From the NCBI GenBank assembly GCA_013239625.1, contig MU056050.1, positions 2,466,084 through 2,530,083 of the forward strand: 64,000 nucleotides of DNA. Direction: 5' to 3'. The DNA comes from Lama guanicoe (Eukaryota). The notes below the pieces were generated by a model. It saw only the letters and a list, made by a program, of their open reading frames with translations. It did no database searches and was not told the DNA's origin. This document shows positions 38,811 through 52,940 of this stretch, piece after piece. How positions within the stretch are numbered: position 1 is the stretch's first letter; each line of letters starts with the position of its first letter. The position numbers and the translations under genes were made by a program.

Positions 38811-39862
38811 ACATTAAAAGAGTTCAAAAGTGCACCAACATATATACAGACATACCCAAAACAAAAGGAATGCTTTCCAATGAGATTTTGAATGAGGATA
38901 AGAATTAAAGGACAGTGTCTCCTATATTACCAGAGTCAATGAAATTAATGTCATTTAAAACATAAATTATACCTATTTGGAATTAGTTTATAGATATATA
39001 ATGCACAGGATGGACAAACAACAACACTGAATTTCATAATTCAGGATCATAGCTTCAATGCTTCATGATATGGAAGGAAACTCCTAAAAATAGCCAGTTG
39101 GTTTGATTTTTTTAGAAGTTAGGAAAGAATGCATTTCAGAAAATAATTTGTAATAGTTAACAACAGAACAACAACATTAATAAATAAAATACTAGCAACA
39201 CAAGAACTGAGGTCCTCAGAGTACCAAAAGAGAGAGAATCAGACTTCACATTAGAACTCAAAGAATGTAGTTAAAGGAAAAATTAATTAAGATCTTTGTA
39301 ACAGGTTAAATATTTAACCACTTCAAATAGAAGTGATTTGGGCCTCTCACATAGTTCTGAAAATGTATTGTACCATCTAGTCTTCCATATCAAAAGCACA
39401 TAATTTCATTAGCAGAGCTCCCTTTGTTTTAGACTTGAAAATCACTGTGATCCAAAGTTTGTACTAACAATTATCAAACTACTATTTAAATAACATTTAA
39501 ATAGCTTTATTGAGATTTAATTCACATACCATGAAATTAATTTTAAGGTGTACAGTCCAATGATTTTTCGTATACTCACAGAGTTGTGCAACCACCACTA
39601 CAGTCTAATTTCTAATGTTTTCATTACTCCAGAAAGAAACCTAGTAACCATTTATAGTTAATCCCTTTTCCTTCCTCTCCAAGCCGTAGGCAACCACTAA
39701 TCTACTTTCTGTTTCTATTTATTTTAACGACATTTTAAACTTACAACATTATTGTTCACATGCCTATTCCAGGTCATCAGCTCAGAGGTTTAAAAGTTCT
39801 TAAACTAGCCAGATTTACAAGTCCTGTGACTTCCTCACTCAGAAAACATTCAAATGATGGTT

Positions 39863-41170
39863 TCATGATGTTATGACTATTCCATCTTCTAAGAGTTTTT
39901 GATCTGGAACATGTGTTTCAAATTCTGTTTGTACCACTTGCTAGGGGTGCTAAACTCATTTAATTAAAAGGAATAGAACCATTCTGTCCAGGCTCAAAAC
40001 TGAGTTTGTTCTATTTGGTTTAACCTTCCAGGCTTTCCATAGTAAAAACAGCTTTAGGAATCTTCTGTGGCACGCCACTATCTTCAATAATAATGTCACC
40101 TTCATCACTGTCTTCATCCTTTGGTTCAATCTGCTGTGAATGGCCAAAAAAGCTATTGTCAGTAGCACTGCCAGAAGTCCTATTGTTCCTAGCATATTCT
40201 CCTGGTTTACTTGTCTTGCTATTATGGTGAGGTTGCGGCTGTTTGCAATCATCCTGTCTATTACTTGATCTCAACTCTTCCTTGAAACGTCTGTACAATT
40301 AACTTCTAAAACTTCATCATTAACAGCCAGTGGTTCTGTGCTATGAGCCAGACCTCCTGAAACAAGCCAGGATATAAAGATCCCTGGGACCTTCTCTAAG
40401 CCATGTGTTGTCTCAGCTAGGCTGAAACCATCCCAGCTATAGAGTCCTAGGGACTGTTCAGTGTTGTGTTCGTAAAAATGAACTAATCCTCTGATGTGTT
40501 TCTGGGAGAATATCCACACCTGTAATAGAATTCACAGGTCTAAAGTCTTGGTGCATACCAATGACTGGATGTGGCTTTTTTCTTTGGTTGACAGAGAACA
40601 ATGCGTTGGTTAAAACACTTTCCTTTATTAGCATGTCTGTACCAAAGCAGTGTTTGCTTCTTCCTTTATCTTTTTTTTTTAAACATAAAAATCCTAAGCC
40701 AGTGGGTTGGCTCTTGAAACAGCTTTGTGACAATTATCATCATTATTTATAGACAGTAAGTCTTCCTAGATGTCTGCATAGTCTAATAAAATGTTAACAT
40801 TAGGTATCTTATGAACATGTTTCAGTAATCCATAAAACTCTTCAAAATGTCCAAGTTTTGCTCTTTCTATCGAAAACTGTTGAAATGAATGCCAAATCTA
40901 CTGTTTTCCTCCAAGATGCCCAGAAGCTCGAAACTCACCAAATGCACCTGCAGAGGTGACTTGAGTTTCACTCCTGAGCTCCAAAGGGCAGCCGGTGTGG
41001 CCTGTCTTGTGTGGCAGGTGGAGATACAACTCCGTCCTCCCTCCCTCTGCTTTGGTGGCTGCAGAGCTCCGGTGGTCGAGGAGGAGGGGGCAACTAGCCC
41101 ATTCACATCTTTGCTCTCGGCTGCCTCCCCGACGACTGGACTCCTGATCCAGGCCAGTGGTGCCAACCTG
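39863..41170 (-). pseudogene. PARD6B: PARD6B processed pseudogene (5' UTR plus CDS, with frameshifts and stops); 3' UTR probably extends to ~37760
   Basis: Minus-strand ORF pieces match PARD6B: RKKPHPVIGMHQDFRPVNSITGVDILPETHQR, HGLEKVPGIFISWLVSGGLAHSTEPLAVNDEVLEVN (PDZ), MIANSRNLTI, DEDSDEGDIIIEDSGVPQKIPKAV, ending EDGIVITS* (TGA 39865-39863). No introns. Confidence 0.92.
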
Positions 41171-42771
41171 AGAGACTTTAAGTGAAAACATTAAAGACAT
41201 TTTGGAAAAAAAGACCACTTGTAATCCTGCTACCTTACTATTTAACCAATTTATTAAAAATTACCTTCCAAGTCTTGTCCACAAGTACAGTTTTCACGCA
41301 GTGGCAGTGTGATGTACATCCTACTTTATATTCTTTTCCCCTTTAAAATAAGCTTTGTTCTGTGTATTTGGCAACTTTATTAATAAAAACCTGAGGGAAA
41401 TAGAAACTTGTGTACAGATACTAAGTAGGTGGGTTTTCTGTGTGTTTTTCTCTCCCTTCCAATCCCCCATATTCCCACATTATTACTAGATTAGCAGTTA
41501 GTCTCCTCTCCTTGGCACATGCCCATGGCTATCTTTACCCAGTTGACTAGGCTGTATGTGTGTGTCTGTGTTGTGTGGGTGTGTATATATATAGTGTGTG
41601 TATGTATCTGTATATTTTAAACACATCATCTCACCATCTTGAAATCTTCCACACCCCTCTATAAACGTGTACCACTGCTTGCTGATTCTTTTTATGTCAT
41701 TGTTGGCTTTCATAGTGACATTTTTTTTCCCAACCACTGTTCTCTCAAGATTCCTGACTGCCTAGCCCCTTTATGTCAAAGCTTTTTTGGGCATCGTTCT
41801 CTCTGTACCTTCTTACCTTTTGGCTTACCCAGTACAAAGTCTGAATATGCTTTCACAAAGAAGCCTTAAATTATCTCAGCATACTTCACTGCACTGAAAC
41901 CTTTTCACATCCAAAGCCTTTTTATAATCCTTCTCCTAAATCCATATCCCATTTTCCTCTGTATTCACAATTCCTGTGCTCCACATATACTTTCTAAATA
42001 TCATCTTCCCCACCTTTATTTCACTTAAATTCTTTTTTTTTTTTAATTATCTCCCATCCCTTTCATTTGGTGCTTTCCTCCAATCCCAAGGTTTCTGTAT
42101 TTTGTCAGTCATTCTTTCTCCCTTTCACTGCTAACCTCTGGTAATTCAGTTTTCTCACCCTTTTGCAAAATCTCACACTCTGATAATGTATAAGTAGTGT
42201 TCAATTGAGTGCTTCTGAATAAATAACCTGCTTTTCAAAACAGTGAAATCTAAACTATTAGCATGGAAATAACCCCTGGGAAGATGAGGTCTCTACTTGA
42301 AAGCTTCAAATACAGATTCTCTTGCTGTTGTTGAATGCTGCAGCTTTATCTGATATTATCTCAAATGGGATGACTACTTGAACCACACAGAAGGTTCACT
42401 GTTGTAAAATGAAAATAGTTTGTTGATTTTATACTTCTTTTTTGATTGACCCGAGAAACAACACTTAACCACCTCAGAGAAGGTAACATTCATATGGTTT
42501 AGACTATATTGAGCATTAATTCTTCACAATAATTATAGACTTAGAATGTTTAATTCTGCCTCCTAGTCCATGCCAAAGTCGTAATCTCCAAGTCAACCCA
42601 ATCCATTTTATACTGATATTGATTGTTGTAACTGTTCATCCTTGTATTGGGTTAAAATCTACTGGCTGTAATTATATTCATTGACTGTAATTCTTCCCTC
42701 AAGCTAAACAGAATTTGGATCCCTTTTCTACATGACAGCCTTTTAGTTATATAAAAATAGTTATTCTAATT

Positions 42772-43031
42772 GGGGGACAGTTTAGCTCGGGGTAGAGCAT
42801 GTGTTTAGCATGCACGATGAGGTCCTGGGTTCAATCCCCAGTACCTCCATTTAAAAAAATGTTTAACAGGAGGAGGGTATAGCTCAGTGGTAGAGCACAT
42901 GCCTAGCATGCATGAGGTCCTGGATTCAATCCCCAGTATCTCCAATAAAAAGTAAATTAAAATAAATAAGCCTAATTACCCCCCCAAAAAATAAATAAAA
43001 ATAAAGTTATAAAAAAAATGTTTAACAAAGG
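42772..43031 (+). mobile_element. Two nested Vic-1-like SINEs (a younger copy at 42869-43011 inside the A tail of an older copy)
   Basis: Inner TSD AAAAAAATGTTTAACA (42853-42868 / 43012-43027); outer TSD TAGTTATTCTA (42758-42768 / 43032-43042). Confidence 0.9.
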
Positions 43032-44696
43032 TAGTTATTCTACCTCTTTCCCCACAATTGTCTTTTCCCTTTGAAATAAATATCCTCATCTCTTCCAACT
43101 ATTCCTCATCCTGATGCTCTCTGCTGACATTACCCTTTGTTAATGTCCCTTCTAAAATGTGTTCAGAACTAAAAATAATATTCAATATGTAGCTGAATTG
43201 AATCTGGATGTTTCACCTCTGGACATTAATACAGACTGAAGTTGCTTCAGATTTTTTAGCAGCCATGTCATGTTGGCTCATGATGAATTTGTAATTAACT
43301 AAAATCCCAAGATTTTAATCTGGAGGTTTCCCTTTATACAACTTCTTTCTGAACCAAGATTCCATCTTCCTTTAGTTGTACAACAGATTTTCAAAGTCAG
43401 AATGTAAGACTTTACACATATCTCTATTAAATTTTATCTTATTAGCGTATCAGCCAGCCTTGGTTTCTTAGAATCTTGATTTTTGTCATCTGGCTTATGC
43501 TGATTCAATGAAGAGTCTTGAAGCTAGTATTGGAATGTTTTCAGACATCTGGAAAGCAGTAACCAGAAGTCATGAGGACTGTCTTCTAAAAATTACTGTA
43601 TGTAGATATAACTCAGCTCTTTAGGTGTATATGAATTAATACCATTATAAATTGACAAGTTCAGTAAAGACTGAAGTTCTTTGACAGCCTGCAAGACAGA
43701 AGCCTTATGTTGAACATTAACTCCAAGAAAGATGATGTTCCAAGACATACTGTGCCAACGTAATGCCAAGAAAGCTGTTAGTTCTTCCCAAGAAATCAGT
43801 TAATACACATATGAAGTAGAGATAATGTCATTATGACCGTTCTTTTATTTTATGTTTGACAAGCTTATACTGAGCAGTGTCAGGAACAGTGCGAGATTCT
43901 GGAGAGCCAGATTTGCCTGGAGCAACCCTGATTTGCGCCTCTTGCCCCAGTGTAATTATTATAGTAGCATCACTTTTCACTTTCAAAAGAATCCAGTTTG
44001 GAGGATAAATTATCTGGCCACTCTTCTCATAACCCAGCCAGTTCCTTTTAGTATTTTATCTGGGTTAAATATTACACAGCTGCAATTTGGCAGCTCTAAT
44101 GAGGCTGCAATAGTACTTCTCTCCCATGTGAATAGATTGTTCCTTGACCCTGGGAAGTTGATAGCAAAAATAACTGCAGTTAAGGTCTACACGCACTTAG
44201 TATTTTTCTCGAGCTACCCTCTAGAGGGCAGTATTAGATACATCTGAACTGATCCGATACCAACAAAAAATGAACTATGTATGCGTGAAAATCATAAACA
44301 TTTGATACTCTTAAAGAACACATTGGAACCAATATTGTGAATAAAACTTACCTTTTGCTAAGCAATAAAAAAAATTAAAAATTAATTCATTAACATTCCT
44401 TTTATAAAAACTGAACTTTGATGCTTTGACTATACAATGATTCATTATAACAATTATCATAGACTTTAAGAATCTGCATATTTTATGCTTCTTTTGTATT
44501 TTTCCTAATTAATGATTTTACGTGGTTAATAATTTTAACATATTCTGTATCACATCTTCAAATTTATGTAAAATAAGCATTTAAAATGAATAGTTCTATC
44601 TGCTTAAATATTACTTTCCCCTAAAAGAGAAAACAAAAATGCTAGTTTTTACTTTATGACTTGAAACATGTGGTAATGTAGAATTCTAGTATTTAG

Positions 44697-45803
<1,107 letters not shown>

Positions 45804-46786
45804 TAGATGCCATTTGCCCCCTGAAGTGGTAAATATTTAGGTGTAGGCTGACATGATTATTTATGTTACTATTCTGTAAATGCTAATGTTGAATCTGTAA
45901 TACAGCCACTGAATTTATGTGTAAAAGACTACCATATTATGAATTATATTTATCTTCATGGAATTGTTTTTTGGAGAAGGATGACATGCAAAAGATGATA
46001 GATATCCGTGATCAAAGAATGGGTCTGATAGTAATACTAATTATAATTTATTGCGCACCTACGATATGTGCTCAATATGTATATTGCATGCATTTTCTTG
46101 ATGCCTCATAATAACCCTATAAGAAGAGTTAACATTAGAGAGTTTCCTTTGGCTGATGTTAAAATCAGTATTTGCCTTTTGTACAGAGACTGTATATTTG
46201 AAAGCTGCTCCATATCATGCCTTACTGCTTAAAATGAGCACTTCTCAAATGAACTACTATAGACATATCAGTAGGGAAGGAAGGGCCATTATTGTGATGG
46301 CTTCCAGGAATATTCAGAGAAATTATACCATTATGTATCGGACCTGTTTACTTTAATATTGAATAGTGCCAAAATACAAATATTGGTTATTTCAATATTT
46401 TACTTAGTATCATATAGCAATCTTGAAGGTTTGTTTAATGTCTTGTAGCTATAACTTTAGAGAAACTTATCTTGAAATTTCATTATACTGAACTTTATTG
46501 TTAAAGTTCACAGTTTGTAAAAGTAAATGTAGTATTGATGGCCCCAAATGACATATGTTAAAACAATTGTAATTTTTCGTATAAAAATTGGGCAACTTTC
46601 TTTTTGTTTTCTGTAAAATACCTCAAATTGAATCAGTGAATTTAGTGTGTATTTACTCCTTAAATGATCTTATCTGTTACTTAGATATGAGTTCATGTAT
46701 CTTCTTTTAAGCTATGAGATTTTCATGTAATTTAGAAATGCTTACTTTTATAGTGTTTAAAAGGATATTTTTGTGTAAGCTTGTAA

Positions 46787-46927
<141 letters not shown>

Positions 46928-47627
46928 TAAGATATTTAAATGTTCATTCAGTGACAGGCGGATTGGACTGTATGCAGTGGGAAGATTTGAATAACTTTTC
47001 ACCTCAACTATTTTTGCCTTCACCAGTGGCTTGAAATTCACACCAGGTTTATAAAAACAGGGTAACCTACTTTGTATATATATTTATTTTAAAACACCTA
47101 AGCCTTCTCTGGTGACCAAAACATTCATTACTTATCATATCTATGACATTCAGATGATTCCATTTCTAAACACCAAATTAGGAATGTGTGCTTTTGTTAT
47201 AAGTAGGCTCTTCAATTATGGGCACGAGAGCCTGTGTTGCCAAGGAGATTCCTTAAGAACTCATCACACCCCCTAGCAAACATTACTGTGTTTCACTGAT
47301 TCTGAAACACACAATTGTTCACATTTTCAGATCTCTGAAATCAGGAAACATCTGGTGTGGGTCATAATTGGCAATGGTGGTACATATATAATCATACTGC
47401 CTATAGTCAGTGACGTCTTAGAATGGTGACATATTCTAAATGTCTCTTTGCCATCTTGCCTCTTTAAAATAAAGTACATACATATATAAGTGATGTGAAT
47501 TTTTGGCCTACAAAATAGTACAACATAAAACTTCAAAACTATCACTTGAAAATAAATTTTAACCTTAAACAGCCATAAAAGGAAAGACTGAAAACCTAAA
47601 GAATTCCTTAAAATTGTACAATTGGTT

Positions 47628-48098
47628 GGTCACTCTTTCCTGCTCTCTGAGATGGCCTGCGCTCTGTCTATGGAGTGTGTATCTACTTTAACTTTAAACT
47701 TAGCACTCCCACACTTCTTGGTCTCTCTCCCTCTCACCTTTCTGAGATGGCCCACATTCTGCCTATGGAGTGTGTATACCCTAAGCTGTTTTCCCTTCTG
47801 AGCGAGACGGACCCCACTCTGCCTATGGAGTGTGTATCTCTCTAAATAAACTTGCTTTCACTTTACTATGCTTTGCTCTTGAATTCTTTCCTGCGTGAGG
47901 CGAGAACCTATTCTCCAACAACACTGGTACCTCACCACCAAGCAATCAGAAGAAAGTCACACACCCTGCAGCCCTCACTTCACATGTTGCCTATAAAACC
48001 GTCGATGAGTTCAGGTCTTTTGAGCACTAGCTACCCATTCTCCTTGCTTGGCCCTCAAAATAAAGCTTTCTCTGCTCCAAAACAAAAGCAAAAAACAG
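47628..48098 (+). mobile_element. Retroposed copy of a chimeric ERV LTR transcript (R-U5 of one LTR followed by U3-R of another, plus A tail)
   Basis: 13-bp TSD TGTACAATTGGTT (47615-47627 / 48099-48111); TT/AAAA just upstream; AATAAA 48059-48064; A-rich tail 48079-48097; three internal ~37-41-bp repeats. Confidence 0.75.
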
Positions 48099-48435
48099 TG
48101 TACAATTGGTTAATTTCTAAATAAAACTCGTTAAGATTAATTATTTAAAATTTTTTTTTAATGTCAAGGTGCTAACTTAATAACTTGCTTAAAAGTTGAA
48201 AGTTCTCATTAGATATTCTTTTGCTTTACTAACATTAGCATAGTAGCATAACAAAGGGAAATTTTTTTTAACCTTAAAATGATAATTGGAGAGGGACTTG
48301 AGTAACATTTATTTTGTGGCTCCTTAGAAATACCAAAAAGTGAGTTACTGGAATAAAGATGATGGAGATTACATCTTTACTTATACTTTACTAATTTATG
48401 AGCTACTAAAGTTTAACCTTCTTTTAATTGTTTAG

Positions 48436-48514
48436 GTGTAAATATCTGTTAGAACAGAAGGGAGAAGAATATATAAACAATATTCATTTAACTCATTCAG
48501 TTGAGGAGTCTCTG
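48436..48514 (+). CDS. XIAP: XIAP exon 4
   Basis: [34 protein letters not shown]; 79 nt. Confidence 0.96.
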
Positions 48515-49204
48515 GTAAGTCACATATTGTAGAATATATATTTTCAAATATTATATAATTCATTTTGCAATGATTTCTTGGTGTAAAATTCACAGTATAG
48601 TATTTTAAATTACTAATATATGGTGAGCTTTAAAGGGGAGATCTTGAAGAGTTCTTGTTGTTCTTAACTTGAAGCAAATTTGTGGAAAGGGTATCAGGAT
48701 GAACTAAATTAAATATCATTGTAGGCAAAAATGGGCTTGAAGAACTAAAATACTTAAATCCCTCAGCCTTCTGAAATGAGACTTGTATAATGTGTTTTGT
48801 AGTCATAAATAGTTTTTAACTTTTCACAGACAATATTTAAAATCTCAAAAATGTGTCTAAATTGATAGTGTGGCCTGGGGTGCCCAAGGCATCAGTACTG
48901 TATGGGAAGAGCACTGGACTAGAATAGGAGACAGGAGTTGCCATTGTGGCCCTGCCATGAACTGTATTGCCTTGATCAAGTTGTTTAATCTCACTTAGCC
49001 TCAGCTTCTTGTCTGTAAAGTGAATGGATTGGGTTAGATGATCTTTTAACTTCCTTCTAGCTTCATCAGGCTATGCCTTTTGTAATATTCATGTTGAACT
49101 GGAATAAAGTCAATTTATAAGTTCATAATTAATGTAACTTCAAATTGAGGTAATTGCCGTCTAACAAAAAGAATTCTAACTTATAATTCACATTTCTATT
49201 TTAG

Positions 49205-49247
49205 ATGAGAACTGCTGAAAAAACACCATCATTAACTAAAAGAATTG
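49205..49247 (+). CDS. XIAP: XIAP exon 5
   Basis: MRTAEKTPSLTKRI; AG/GT; 43 nt keeps the frame. Confidence 0.93.
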
Positions 49248-49783
49248 GTAAATATACTTATTAATGGTTGTTACTTATAAGGTGGAAAGATAAACTGATT
49301 CTTTCAAGGTATATTTATTTGACATGAGATTGCTATAAATTTAAGAATTAATGAAGTGCCTAGAACTGAACTAACTGTAAAAAACTGCAACAAATGTCAT
49401 TACTTTGTTGGTTGATTGAATGTGATTTTTACTTTCAAAAAAAAGAATGAAGTGCCTATAAATATAAGTTGGATATTTTTATGTTAGGAACATTCATTCA
49501 GAAGTTGGACAGTTAGTTTCCAAGTTTGAAAGGAGCAGCTATAGGCTGTCCACTGTCATTTCTGTTAAAATCATGAAAGGAAGAGTTAAGTGTATTTTTG
49601 TCTCTGGGGTTCCTTTAGTTAGCCAGTCTTGAATCCCATGCTCTACTAATGTGCCATCACCATGATCAGCCATAACCTACCTGCTTCCTTATCTACCATA
49701 CCTTTTTCCCTTCCCCAGCTTCTTCACAGAGGGATACGGTTTGGTTTGTTTACCTCCTAATACCTTAGAGAGTTAGAGGTGGG

Positions 49784-49873
49784 TTTTTTGTTGTTGTTAA
49801 TGTAGGTACTGGGGATTGAACCCAGGACCTTGTGCAAGCATGCACCCAATCATTGAGCAATACCTCTCACCCC
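49784..49873 (-). mobile_element. Vic-1-like SINE
   Basis: GGTACTGGGGATTGAACCCAGGACC; near-TSD GAGAG(T/G)TAGAGGT. Confidence 0.85.
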
Positions 49874-50464
49874 TGAGAGGTAGAGGTTTTTATCACAAGT
49901 TATTTTCCCTCATCATAGACATCTTTAAAAACTAAAAAAGTGTGCAGAGAAAGATATGTTAAGCAGAGAATATATTATTATCCCACTTTTCAGATGAAGA
50001 AACAGAGGTTCAGTGACCTGCCCACAGTTACATTACAGAGCATTAGTGGAGCTAGGACTGTAAATAAGATCTTCTGAATCCTACATCACACTACAGATCT
50101 CATTCTCAACTTAGGCATCATGTTTCAAAAATAGTAAAGTTTAATTTAGAATATGTCTGCTGATTCCCCCATTCCCTGTACTCATAGCATCATCTGTTTC
50201 GTATCTTAAGGAATACAAGGCAAGAGAATGCTATATTCATAAATATGTTTGAGAAGGAGAGCCACTATGATGATTATTTGATAAAGGTTTTGTAATGTAC
50301 ATAAATGATACAGTTCAAGACATCACTTATTCCAGCCTATATTTTTGAAATTATCCAGAAACAAAGATTCTGTAACATTTCTTGATAATAGTCATTCTTA
50401 CAATGCATACTATTCTTTTTATGACTAATGAGACTCTTTCTCTGATTTAGGATTAGTGCTCTTA

Positions 50465-51680
50465 TATTGAGGTGCAATTTATATAGCAAAAATGTCACCC
50501 TTATAAAGTATATACTTTAGTAGTATTTGGTATATTCACAAGGTTATGCAACCATCGCTACTGTTTAACTGCAGAATATTATCATAACCCCAAAAAAGAA
50601 ATCCCGTACCCATTAGCAGTCACTCCCCATTGCAGCCCTCCCCACTCCCAAACAACCACTGATCTACTTCTATTCCTATGGATTTGCCTATTCTGGACAT
50701 ATCATATAAATAGAATCATAATATGTGGCCTCAAGGTTCATCTACTCTTGTATGTTCAACCTTTATTATATATGACTACTTCACTCTTTTTTGTGGTGGA
50801 AAAATATTCCTTTTTATGGATAATACCACATTTTGTTTATCCATTCATCAGTCAGTAGACATTTGGGTTATTTCCACTCTCTGACTATTATGAATGATGC
50901 TGATGCTGCTATGAACGTTTGTGTACAAGTTTTTGTGTGGGCATATGTTTTTAATTTTCTTGAGTATATATTTAGGGATGGAATTGCTGGGTCATGTGGT
51001 AACTCTATGTTTAACCTTTTGATAAGCTGCCAGACGGTTTTCTAAGGTGGCTGCACCATTTTACATTCCCACCAACAGTGTATGAGGATTCCAGTTTGTT
51101 TTTCCACATTCTTGTTGACATTTGTTGTCTGTCTTCTTATTACAGCCATCCTAGTGGTTGTGAAGTTGTATCTCATTGTGGTTTTGATTTGTATTTCCCT
51201 AATAGCTAATCATTTGGGGCATTTTTTCATGTGTTTATGGGCCAGTTGTGTATCTTCTTTGGAGAAATTTCTGTTCCTCTCCTTTGCCCATTTTTAAGTT
51301 GGGCTACTTGTCTGTTTACTATGGAGTTGTAATAATTTTTTATATATTTTAGTTCTTTATACATATAAGTCCCTTGTCAAGTGTATGATTTACAAATATT
51401 CTCCTATTCTCTAGGTTGTCTTTTCACTTTCTTGTTGATGTCCTTTGAAGCATGTTAGTTTTTAATTTTGATAAAGTCCAACTTGTCTATTTTTTTGTTG
51501 CTTATGCTTTTGATATCATATCTAAGAAATCATTACCTAAGTCAAAGCCACCTGTTTTCTTCTATGAGTTTTATGGTTTTAGCTCTTACATTCAAGTCTT
51601 TGATCGATTTTGAGTTTATTTTCGTATATGATGTGAGGTAGGAGTTCATTTCATTCTTTCTCATGTGACTATCCTGTTGC
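50465..51680 (-). mobile_element. Old L1 (L1MB-like) fragment
   Basis: GGCTGCACCATTTTACATTCCCACCAACAGTGTATGAGG and neighbouring ORF2 motifs (ORF 51542-51802 contains YLTSYTKINSK.IKDLNVR). Confidence 0.85.
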
Positions 51681-52409
51681 CCCTGCTTTTGGTTTCTAGC
51701 AAGTTGAGCTTGAGATACCTGCAGAATATCCATGTAGGTGGATATTAAAACCTGGAACTCATAAATGAGGTTAAAATTGTGATAGTAGGAGGGGAGTGTC
51801 AAGAGAAATGGTAAAAAAGATCAGTGACGAAATGGAAGGGACCCACCAAAGTCTAATCAGGTGGGCAGAGGAGCCAGCAAAACAAACTATTAAAAAAAGA
51901 AAAGAAAAGAAACAATTAGAGTTAATAGAACCAGGAAAGAATGATGTCCAGCAGACATCTGAACATCTCCACCTAGAAATCTCAAAAGCAGCTCAAATTC
52001 AGTATCTCTAAAAACCGTTCAGACTGAATTCAGTCCTGTTCTTTTTCCCCCATATTGATTAATAGTACCACAATTCACAAAGTCACCTGGTGATTTGAGT
52101 CATTTTAAGCTCTTTGCATTCCTTAATCCCTCTACATTTAATTAATTACCAGATTTGATGATTTCCACCTTTTTCATATTATCTAAAATCCACTGGTTCT
52201 ACCATAGTTCTTGCCCTTATTTCTCATCTAGACTATTGTAGTAGTCTCCCAACAAGTCTTTTATCTACATTATAACATCCTGAGAGAATTTTTCTTTATC
52301 AAACACAAATTTTGAATTACTTTCCTACTTAGAAAATATCATTAGTTGCTTACCATATAATGTTCTTTATAATCAAATCCCTGAATGTCTTTCTTTCCAG
52401 CCTTCTCTT

Positions 52410-52940
52410 TTAAAAACCGTTTAATGATGTATACATACAATAAAGTGCCTGAAGTGCACTGCTCTTAAGTATTCAACTCAGTGAATTTTAATGTATTTAT
52501 GGTGTAACCATCACCCAGATCAAGATACAGAACATTTTTACCACCCCAGGAAGCTCCTTCAAGCCCCCTCCTAAAGTCAATATCCACCCCCAAGTTATAT
52601 TCTGAATTCTAATACCATGGATTAGATTTGAACATCTTAAAAATGTAATCATACAGTATGTACTCTTTTGTCTTTGGTTAATCATTATGATGATGTTTTG
52701 CTCATCATATCTACAAGCTTCATATGTTGTCTGTGGCAGTAGTTCATTCTTCTTTCTTGCTGTGTAGTATTTGAATATATCACAATTTACTAATCCATTC
52801 ACCTGATGATGAACATTTGAGTTGTTTCCACTTTGGGGCTGTTATAAATAACGCTGTTATGAATATTCTTGTGTATGTGTTTGGTGGATGTTTGTACTCA
52901 TTTTTAATACCCAAGAGTGGAATTGATGGCTCAGGATAGA
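52410..52940 (-). mobile_element. Old L1 3' fragment
   Basis: TGTAACCATCACCCAGATCAAGATACAGAACATT...TCCATTCACCTG..GAACATTTG. Confidence 0.75.

Noticed and set aside
47646..47837. Three spaced direct repeats superficially like a CRISPR array
   Set aside because: Mammalian DNA, degenerate repeats, irregular spacing, no cas genes; typical LTR internal repeats
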